A stretch of 64,000 nt of DNA from Orbicella franksi (lineage: Eukaryota). Both the position numbers and the translations under genes were made by a program. Below, in pieces: positions 23,140 to 33,773 of this stretch; the stretch's first letter is position 1, and each line of letters opens with the position of its first letter. The notes below the pieces were generated by a model. It was not told where the DNA came from. It saw only the letters and a list, made by a program, of their open reading frames with translations, and did no database searches. The stretch lies in NCBI GenBank assembly GCA_964199315.1, contig OZ116712.1, positions 21,018,001 to 21,082,000 of the forward strand. The letters are read 5' to 3'.

Positions 23140-26100
23140 ATGAGGGTTTTCTCATGGCCCGCATCCATGTGTATCGTGTTTGTTATTTTTTTGAACCATG
23201 TTGATGTAGTGACGAGCGCAAACGCAACGACCAATACAACCGGTGAGTGGATTTCGATTTAACGTATCTTAGTTGAGTTTCGATTCAACGTTCTTGCTAA
23301 AGAATATTCGAGAAACATATTCACTACACGTTTGGTTACAAAGGGCTTAAAATCGTCAAATTAAACGGCGTTGTAACTGTATATTTTATTATTAGTTTGG
23401 TCTTCAGCATTTTCCGCCAGTCTGTTAACTTACATTTCTTTAAAACACTGTTTTTCAGCGCCATGTATAGTCACAGATCTTGATTATATAAGCGTGCTAA
23501 GTTCTCCAGAAAAATTGATGCGCTTCTCAAAAAAAAATGAAGTCTATTTTTCAATAATAGCTATAACTTATTGCTAGAAAACCTTCCAACGTTTATTTTT
23601 TGCAATGGCCGATGACTGACTTCTACAACGGCAGTAGATTTGTCATTTCGATCTCACGTTCGGTTAAAATTGGACTGCCGCAAGTTTGGTTTCTACCGTA
23701 CAAACCGCTCAGTTCCATCGCTTAGCGCACTACCAGTAATATTAATAGGAAACTTGCTCAAAGTCTCTAGAAACGTGTAGGTCTTGCTTTAAATTATTAA
23801 TATTTGTGAGGAGATAGAATATTCCTCAAGGAAACTGCAGAAGGAAAGAAAATGACAATTTTTAATATCGTCTCAATTAAGTTGGATGAGTGTTGATTTC
23901 TTCGGCTCTTTTCCTGATGGTTCAAAATTACCGTTCACGCTTGCAAATTATGGCAACTTGTGAAAGTTTTACATAATAGGCGCAATTACTGATTCTCTTC
24001 GACTCGTACAATTTTAAACACGTTTTTGACAAAAGCCAGGATGAAGAATCAATATGCGGTTAACAGTCATTGACCGGAGACTTTTCTCAGACTGTCAGAA
24101 ACACAAACTCGAGAATTTTGGTAAAACCACTGTTGTGGCCGCAGACGCCACGGCTCTTCTTTTTTGGAAACAAATTGGAAAATATCTCGATTCATCTGAT
24201 TCAGTTTGAAAAGCATTAAATAACACCGTTTAGAAAAATAGCTAAGGTATTTTTTCCATTTTGTCAACAAAAGGAAGTTTAAGGTCTTCTGTGTATTTGC
24301 ATAGTGTGAAATGAAGAACTTCTAGGCGGAGAATTGACTTTAGTACATCTGGGTTGTTACAAGAAACAAGTAGAAGTTATGATAAAAATAACAAATCCAG
24401 GATATTTTACAGAGGAAACCCATTTCCAGAAGTTTATTCGAATTTTTTGGTTTCACTTTATTTTCTGTTCATGTCCTTGTTTTTGCCATGCTTTAGGCAA
24501 ATCGCCGCCGTTCTCGTCCTTTGCTCCTAAAGTGCAAAATACAAGAGTTGTGTTCTGAATTAATATAACAAAAGTAGCATCTATAGAAACTAAGTGTATT
24601 AAAACTAAGCTAAAAATATATATATATATATATATTCTGGAAAGGAGAAGAATTATGGAACAAAATACGAAGAACGTGACACGGAATACAAGTTTATTGC
24701 ATATTAAGTAGCACTGTTGGTAATTAAGCTCGATATTGACCTTCAACAATCGGAATAAAAACACGAACGGTATTGATAATTTGTTTTATTTGCAACAACA
24801 GGGCGGCAATGAAAAGGATTTGTTTCTTTGGTTTTTTTTTTTTTTTCTTTTAATTCTGCCAGCTCTTCAATTAACATGGCCTCTTAGATCTTTCTCGTTT
24901 AGCACTTCTTAGTTAGTTACATATGTTTGGCATCAACTAAAAACTCTTAGTTTATATTATTTTCAATTCATTTTAAAACTATAACGACAATCAAGAAATC
25001 TTGGTGCTATAAATTTTCTCTACATATTGGCATCTTTACTAAATCTTTTTAGAAAAGATTTTATCCGAACAGTCGTTTCAGTTTCTCAAGTTGAATCTTT
25101 CATCAGGCTTAGGCAGGATCACGTGACGCTGTTTAGCGATGTCCCTCCTGTAAAATCGCGGGCTCATGCATTTTCCAGCTGAAACGCTAATTTCACCACA
25201 AGAAACCTTAAAATTACATAAGACGAACACGAGGAATTGAAATCATCGTTACGATTAAGGTTCTTAAAGGATCCTGCAAAAATCCTCGAGGATTCTTCCA
25301 ACATTCTGCAACTAAATCCTCATCCTAAAATCCTCGAGATTTTTAGGTCAAAAAATCTTTCTAAAAGCCACTTTGAGATCGTACCAATTGACGATCCTTT
25401 AAGGATCCTAGAAAGATATTTGACAGGTTTTTTAAAGATCTCGAAAAGAATCTTTGGGGTTGAAGGTCTTCATGGGTTACTTAAAAAGAGGAGAAGTCTT
25501 ATTTCTTCTTATTACCATCTTTTCAAAAACAGACTAACAGGGACAGCGGAGCCGGGGGGGGGCTGGGGAGGCTTAAACACCCCCCTCCCAATTTCAAGCA
25601 AACAATACATAAAATAATAATTTTACAAATATCTCCAGACCCTCCCAGTTCAAAATACGCTCCACCATCCCTGACTAAGCAACAAAAAGTAAATATGATG
25701 GGAAATATCTTGACAAAATTATTTACCGATTTGATATTGCAAATAGGAGGCCTTGGTTGGGTTTATGATCGGCTATGTGGAAAACGCTCTTCCTCAGCTA
25801 TTCAATTACAGGGCGAGTTATATAACCATATTCGATAATTCCGCATTGCCGTTACAGGCTGCCAGAAACAGGTAAACAACAGATGTCCTCTCTCACTGAA
25901 GATAGACTGGTGGGAGATTCCACCCTATATTTACAAAGACAAAAATGGAGTGGTTAGCGGGATTTTTCCAAGCGTTCTGAAAAGGCTCGTGTCGGAGTGC
26001 TGCGATCGCGACCCCTCGTCAACTGACCCGAATGCAGACATCGCAGAATGCGTGAAACTCAACTTCAGTGAAACTGCTTCCAATGACTCCGAGGTGGTGA

Positions 26101-29100
26101 AGAAAAATATCAACTTGAATGGTACGTTGCGTTAAGCACGTTTCCTTAGGTCGCGTTTCTACATTTACTTTTCTCTGACTGGTAACGCAATGGGCTCATA
26201 ATGAAAACCCATGCACCTCAGGGTTTGCACCCTTTTCCATTTGAACCATCCTCTCGTTATGGCTTACTGTTGCCTCTTCAATGCTTTCCACTTTACACAT
26301 TCAGAAGCCCTCTGATTCAAATTGACGACTTACTTGCTTTTACGATGCCACGGACTAAACATTTTCCAGTGTCGCTATGCTGAAATTATCAAAAACAAAC
26401 ATTTGGGGTAGACTCGAAGTCAGTTATAAAACATTTTCTTTTATTATTATTATTTGACTTTTCCGTCGATACAGCTGTCGGCAATTTCTTTGCAAATTTT
26501 TTATAATCTGTTCTGTCTACATCCAAAGGCACCGTAATGAGCATGCCTATATATGGAGATATGAAGGACGTGAAGTTCCAGAGCCATCCGTTCTACCCAG
26601 TGGTGGAGTCGCCTGGTGTCGTGTTCATCGTGAAGAAGGAAGATTCATCCAATGCCGCCCAAGCTGTCATGGAGGCTGTGTTCCAGGGATGGCCTGTACT
26701 TCTGCTCACGCTGATCATGGCCGCGCTTTCTGGAATAGTAGTCTGGGCACTGGTTAGTAAATACACCCTTGAATCCTTCTCTACTTGTTATTGCTGTCAA
26801 ACTGGATGGTATCATTTGAAGCAATTCAGTCATGCTATCTCGTGTATGTTTCTTTGTGTACTCCGTGCCAAAACAAAAATTTCCAGCGGAACAACACATG
26901 AAAGTATACCACAAAATGTATTTTGTTGTTGTTCGTTCGTTCCTTGTCTTGTACCGAGGTTTCTTGTTTTTGCTTCAAGCAGTTTAATTCAGAAGTTTTT
27001 TGGTTGTTTCTTTAGGATACCTACTGGAACCCAGAAGAATTCCCTCGTTCTTTCTTCAAGGGTACATGGGAAGGCTTCTGGTGGGCCTTCGTTTCCATGA
27101 CTACTGTTGGGTAAGAAAATGATAATACTTCATTTTTATTTCAATGCCTGTATAGCCTCGTCCCTTACGTTTCCCGCCCCACCCCACCCCGGAGTGAGGG
27201 AAAAGAGAAAGGAAACAAGGCTGTTACATAGCGTTATGTTCAATGATTGTGTTTTGTAAGTTTGGCCAGACACTTTGCTTTCATCACATGTTCATTTTGC
27301 ATGTGGCAAAATAGATTCAGCCCATCTAAGCTGAGACATAAAACACATACTAAAACCAACTACGTAAATGATGCGGGACTTTTCCTTAGTGCAGTCTAAT
27401 TCTGAACACTTGATGTGTGCCCAAAAAATGCTTATCGCGAACTTTACTTTTCAACTCCACTTCTCCTTTCTTTTCAGTTACGGTGACCGCGCGCCGAGAT
27501 CAGTGCTGGCGCGTACGTTTGCATTCATCTGGGTTCTTATTGGTCTCGTAATCATATCGATCTTCACCGCCACAGTTACCACCTCACTGACTGCCATATC
27601 ACTAAGCAACGAAATCAAGCTGTACGGATCAGACGTAAGTCGTCTGTAACAACTGAAAGTAAATATATTTTGATGTCAATGTATTTAAGGGCGCACTGGC
27701 AAGCATCGATATTTACCATAGATTAACCGGTTCTTACTCCCAAGCGTGGGGAAATTAATTATAATTTTGTTATGCAAAATTGTTAAAAACAATCAGTAAT
27801 AGCTGAAGCATATAGTTCATTTTGTATGATTACAACAACTGCTGTTGTTAGTTAAAATGTCGGCAAGGTTCAGTTTTTTTATTTTTTATTTATAAAAACA
27901 AGTAAATTAGGGGAATCGAATATGCCCAAGATATCTAACAGAGTGTTTGCCATAGCGTATTCAACATATAGTTGAATTCTTATTTGTTGTTAGGTTGTTG
28001 CCTTGAAAAACACAGAGGAACAAAGGCTTGGTGTAAGAAACAACGCTAAAGTGTCAGGTTAGTTAATACGAGATCTTATCCTGTCACTGTCATTATCACT
28101 CGACTCAAATGAACTTTGTAAAAATACTGAAGAAACGACGGAAAGAAATCTTTACTGGGATATTAATTCTTTTAATAATTTTATTGTAGAAAAGAATGCA
28201 GTCAAGGACCTCAAAGACGCAGTGATAAAGCAGGATCCGAAAGTAACAGGCGCTCTGCTGGACAGTTATGTCGCGGGCTACTGGGCAAAAGTCGCCTCAG
28301 ACCCCGTGCTTAAGAATTCGGATCTCCGCGTGGGGACTGTGCTCGATCATCAGTTTGCTTACGGCTTTGTCATTGCTGGTGCTTTGGATGAGGAGGCCAC
28401 AGAAAAATGTATGAGGAAGAAACTGAACAGCATGGAAACTGAAATTACTACCATAATCCAAGAGAAGGCAGAAACGATGGAGGTAAAGAACTCTCGTTGA
28501 CTTCTGGATTGATTGAAGGTCTCCCCCATCCCCTTCTAACACCTCCCCTTATAGTCTTAGTGACATTTTCTCAGTTTGCTTGCAGACAAAATTTGAGTAA
28601 GGGATGGGCCATCATTTATTTGAGGGGGATTGGGCAATTTCCAAAAATTGTTCCTGCACAACAAAAACTGTTGAAAAAAATCGTGAAAGGGGAGCCTCGG
28701 AGAGAAAAAAACGACCAAGCGCTTTTTAATATCCAGGTCCTTTGTTTGACTTTAAAAAGCATTCTTGCACAAGCTATTTTCTCACCGAAAAAAATATAAT
28801 ACACAACCTAAAGGTGAGAAAAAAATTTATGCCCCAGAAAATTGCCCAGTCTCCCCCCCCCCCCCCCCTCAAAAAAATAATGGTCTGTCCCTAATTACTT
28901 CCTGTTTTTTAATTAATTATCTTCAGGAACCTGGGGAGAGCGCGGCTGTGGAGAAAACGAATAATTTGTTCGATGCAGAGTCCCCGATGTTCCGAAAAGC
29001 GATCTACACCTGCGTTGGGCTGGTGGCTGTCCTGACCATCTGTGGGCTCATTTGGGAGTTTGCTTACTGGAGGCCTCGTCAGCCTAAAGAAGCCAAAACT

Positions 29101-29787
29101 GGTGAGTAACTGGCATAGATATATCCCAGGGGAGTCATTAGATTACTTATGTCTTTCTGATGAAGAAAACTTTAGATCTCCCTGGGGTACACTTAAAATA
29201 TCTTTCCCGCACCCTTACCGCAAACAAAGGAAATCATGACCGTGACGATGTTTGGAAATCTGATCTTAATAAGCATAGATTTTTACGATTTTATTTCCAC
29301 GTTTTCTCCTTACTTTTAGTTTTGATTGAGAAGATATATCAAACACTCAAGACAATGTCTGACCACATTTCCAAACTCAACACCTCGAAGTTCGTCAAAA
29401 CTACTCTGCTGCGCGTCGTACTTCAACTCTCTTCTCGGTGTTTGGAAATATGATCAAGCGCGCTCTTTTTTGTTTGATATATCAATTACAACTCACTGGT
29501 CCTCCATAATATCCTACATTTTTTGCCTCGATTTTTATACTGTCTTGTTCTTTTCTGCATCAGAGGTTGAACGAATTGTGACACCAGAAACCTCTTATGA
29601 GAACCTGGTTGCTATGCAGTGCGCAGAGATCGAGGAGGCTATGATGAACGAAGTTCAGCGATTCTACATCGCCTGGAATAAGAAACTGGAAGACTTGAAA
29701 CGTAAAAACACCGGCGGCCAGATGAGCCCTAATGATATGAATGTGATGGGAATGGGTGTGAGTGGTGGAGATATGAGGAGCATGTGA
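23140..29787 (+). CDS. GluR0-like ligand-gated channel: iGluR topology with K+ selectivity filter TTVGYGD (532 aa, 9 exons)
   Basis: Exons 23140-23242, 25858-26121, 26529-26752, 27016-27110, 27478-27634, 27994-28057, 28190-28482, 28927-29101 and 29564-29787. All introns GT-AG with compatible phases; total 1599 nt. Domains in order: signal peptide; S1 (PPYIYKDKNGVVSGIF); M1 (WPVLLLTLIMAALSGIVVWAL); pore helix GFWWAFVSMTTVGYGD; M3 (FIWVLIGLVIISIFTATVTTSL); S2 (VVALKNTEEQ...ALLDSYV); M4 (AIYTCVGLVAVLTICGLIWEFAYW); helical tail. Confidence 0.9.
25210..25500. repeat. Degenerate repeat rich in GGATCCT/AAATCCTCGAG units (probable MITE remnant)
   Basis: Repeated AAGGATCCT, AAAATCCTCGAG and AAAGATC motifs. 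Ends not defined. Confidence 0.4.
25538..25673. mobile_element. Small hAT-like MITE
   Basis: 15-bp TIR CAGGGACAGCGGAGC / GCTCCACCATCCCTG. Flanked by ACTAA on both sides (no full 8-bp TSD). Confidence 0.65.
28601..28891. mobile_element. PIF/Harbinger-type MITE in intron 7 of the channel gene
   Basis: TIR GGGATGGGCCATCATTT / AAATAATGGTCTGTCCC. TAA TSD at 28598-28600 and 28892-28894. Confidence 0.8.
29250..29485. repeat. Unclassified interspersed repeat in intron 8
   Basis: Internal repeated TTTGGAAAT motif and the CTGCGCGTCGTA..TTCAACTCTCTTCTCGGTGTTTGGAAAT signature recalled from coral repeats; not searched. Confidence 0.4.
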
Positions 29788-32700
29788 TTTACACGTGACT
29801 GTCACGTGTTGTTTTGACTGTCAGAGGGTTTAACATTTGTTTTACTATCAGTTCTATATTTATTGCAAAAACTTAGTTTGTTAGTTTATGACATCTCAAG
29901 TGTAAAACTTCTGTCAGAGTAAATACAACAAGCCAACTTTTATGTAGAAGGACGACATTTGGCGAAATAGTAACTCTTAACTCTTGTTAACTCTTCAGTG
30001 TTATTTCGTCAGCTCAGAGTCTAAGGAAAGAAGTGTTCTCACTTCCCCACAGTAGTTATTGAGCAAATTCCTTTAATTTACAAGATACAATGATTCTCAA
30101 TACTACCCGATGACAAAGTCTTTCCACGTGAGATTATTTAATTTTTCAAGTCCCCCTTTCCCAAAACAATGTTGAAAATTTTCGCAACCTTGGCTGAATA
30201 CAATTCAGCGTTATATTTATTTGATGGCTAAAATGTGTTTGACAAGCATTGTAATCTCTTTACTATTTAAAGTTTTCGCTTTTCAGCAGGTTTTGAAAGG
30301 CGTTAAAAAGTATATTTTATAGCATAAAAATATGCGACAATACCTTAACCAACGTGGAAGTGATGTTAAACCCGTTTCACAGTAGCCTTCATACTGTAAT
30401 TCGCGTCAAGTTAAAAGTAGTGATTAGAAAAGCCTTTACTCAAATTACGTAACGTTTTCCGCAGCCATTTTCTCACATTTACGCCATGAGTGATTTGTCT
30501 GCGTCCTCTTAGCCTCGTTTTGAAGTTCATGAAGACGAGGCAGCGGGACAGCAACAAATGGCTTCTTGGAACGTTCGTTATTATTTTGCTGTTGCACTTA
30601 CGATAAAAACTACATTAGTAGGCTTTTGATACGCGCTCTATCTCTAATATTTGCAATCTCGTTACACCCATATATTATAGTCGTGACAGAAGACGATTAA
30701 GCGTCCGATCAGGTTAACTTAGGCTGTGTTCACACTTAATTAGTGCCTGAGCACTGGTGCCTGGGTAATGGCTGGAGATAGTGTTGCGTTCAGACGCGAT
30801 GTTCTCAGAAGAACCCGAGTACCATTTAGTGTCCGAGTGCAAGGTCGAAACCTTGTAGCCGGGCGCGGGCACTGTCCCGAATTCTCGGGCACCGTACTCG
30901 GGTACCTAGTGTAATCATATCCAAAACATTTCAGTGCAGTTACGTCACTGGGTAAGGCGTTTTGTTATCACTTTGTGTTTATTCCAAAGTGGCCTCTATT
31001 TTAAAAATAGCCATGGTTAACACGGTGTAGATTAGAACACATATAATATTGCAGGTTGTTTACTTTGTTAAATCGTAATACTGAACGAAACTGGTTATGA
31101 TTCCCTTGTAGGGGTGGTCACGGGGCATTCAGTGAATGGGCTTTGCTTAACTACAGATACGTTTGCAGATAGGATGGCTGAATACCCTCAAAAGTTAGAA
31201 GGAAATCTTAAGGATAACTTATATGCTTTGGGGCGTTTCCAATTGACAAGATGAAGGCAACAAATATTACAATATAGAGTAGTTTACGTAACTAACAGTG
31301 AAATGGCGCTTTTATAAAAAATAGATAAACTTAAACATAAACTTTAGGAGGATGCTTTGGTTTCAAAATAACTGAAAGCAGCCCCTTTTGGAGTGTAACG
31401 TGCAAAGGGCGGGCAACCTGCAGTCTGAGGAAACTCTCTTTCCTCTTTGAGTAAACTTACGCTATCAATTATTTCTACTTATGCATGGTTTTAGATTGTA
31501 CATTATGTAAATTCCGACGCTTTTGCTCCCGAAAATAAAGTTATAACGGTACGTAAAAAATAAGGAATCACTGTGAAAATGTGAACAACTGTGTTGCAAC
31601 AACTTTTTTTATTGCTAAGGTCTTTTCGGACTCACACTGCACATAGTAGTTTTTCTTAGAAGATGCAAATTAAAGTTTTTGAAAACCATTTATGTTACGC
31701 CAGTTGATCAGTGTTCGGCAAATTAGTTTGTTGGTACACGAAATGAACCGCGTGGAATGCGTGGAACACGCGTGGGAACGCGAAAACGGAAAAATGTGAA
31801 GAAAAAGCTTGGAAACGTCTCCAAGAGCTTCAGAGGCAAAAACGCTTGCGACACACGGGCGAACGTGCGTGGAAATAGCCATAGGGAATCCACAAAGAGT
31901 AAAAACAAGATTCAAAGTGTAGGCGGAACACGCCGCGCAACGGCGAAACAAAATTGCGAGACAACCACCATGATTCCCTGCGAGCTCATCTTGGCCATTA
32001 GCCAAGTCAAGTTGGTAGATTCCAGACTCCCAATGCGTACAGGTTACTTTGTACCCATGCACGCATTAAAATAATCAGATCTTTTGTTTTCCTTCAATAA
32101 ATCTTCAAAAATCTATTATTTATAACTCAGGTTCTCTTTATTTCCGTTCCTGAAGCTTTGTACAAGCATATGACAGATCTTTTACAAAATTTTCCTCTCT
32201 GGTCCTTAAGACTAAGTTTGCTTAGGAAATACTAAGTTCAATTTTAATTTTATCTTTAAGAGTGATCACAACCCAATTTCTTTTCATGAATATTAATACA
32301 TAATCATTCACACACGTCAGGAGAATTACGTAAATTATCAACAGATAAATTGCCATGATAGTCAACAGGTTTTTCCAACTGCTTCTATGGGAAACAATAT
32401 GGAAACCCGAGTGTTGACGTTAGGTCTTCACTCAGCGCATGTTTCGATTGAATATGCAAATAACTAACGATATTTTTCTCGAAATTATTCCCTTCTGCAA
32501 GAAAAATATTGCTTCAAAGCCAACCTACAATGACAACTATACCCAGGCCCCGCCTTTGGGTCACTAAAAATGTGATCGTGGAAGTCCTGGGTACGAGAAT
32601 TATAAACTACTGATGCTAAAACGTTCCGAATTGTACACTTAAATAGCTTATGAACAAACAACTACACTGGAATATTTAACAAAGGAGATATAAAATGGTA

Positions 32701-32961
32701 AAACTGAAAAAAGAAACTACCGGTACGTTGAAAATGGAACATTTTCCAGTCTGAACATCGCTTGCATGACCTTCTATATCTGCGGTCAGAGAACTGTCTA
32801 GAAATAATGGCACGTTTCACGAATTCTTCACCAGGCAGCTTTGTTATCTAACAATGAAACGATGCAGTAATGCGTGTTTTAACAGGTTATAATCATCCAA
32901 GAAAGACACTTAATCTCGAGTAATGAACACAAACATTCTCCTTACAATATCCATATTTATT

Positions 32962-33150
32962 ATAATTATGGCTAGCTCCGAGCGCGGTACAAGAAGAACC
33001 AAAACCTGCGCTGTGATTGGCTACCCGAGCGGGAAAGATGGCGTTATCCCGCCCGCGCGGGATTATCGTCTGTTTCCTTCAACTTACTTACTTACGATGG
33101 TTTCTGTTTGACATAAAAGAAATCCGACTAACATGGCCAATATCCAGTGA
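32962..33150. repeat. Fragment of an interspersed CpG-rich repeat
   Basis: ATGGCTAGCTCCG...GTGATTGGCTACCCGAGCGGG..AGATGG signature recalled from coral repeats; not searched. Confidence 0.35.
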
Positions 33151-33773
33151 CAACCCGTACACAAATTTTCGCAGCCAGGTATTGAGAACATAGATCATAA
33201 TCTTGGTGAAATGCCTTGATGAACAACTAAATTCTCACAAGGAACGTTGATAGAAATGCGTGAAGAGAATTAACGGATAAGCGCCACACCCCTGAACAAC
33301 AACGCGGCGTTAAGTGGATACGAATATGCCCCGCATCAAAAAGCTCTCGAGTAAGGTACTCCTAGAAATATGACCAAGGCCAAAAAGGCCATAGGTTGAG
33401 TTGCCTACCTAAATAAAAACATTTCTCGGCTGAAAATTCACCGGCAAATTGCATATGAAAACGGCGAAACCAAAATGTCGATCGCGCCTGCTTACATTTT
33501 GTATCAAATCGTTGGGTAAATGTACCATATTTGAACAATAGAACTATAGTTAAACGGCCTTCAAAATATTACAATATTAACTTCTATACTACTATCTTTT
33601 TTATCGTGTATTTTTATCGCTAAGAAAATACAATATTTTGCCAGCTAATCTCTGTAGAGAATACTTACTTTTCTTTTGTTTAAGTTACTTGTTTTATGTT
33701 TAATAATACAATTACAAGAATTTTTACTCCGTGAATGATGCAGGTACTTTAAAAAATAAACATTTTCTGTTCA

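Noticed and set aside
26753-27100. 3' part of the 187-aa ORF 26537-27100 and similar read-through extensions (27368, 28765, 29326, 52904, 54160)
   Set aside because: These are intron read-through of real exons; splice signals give a coherent protein instead.
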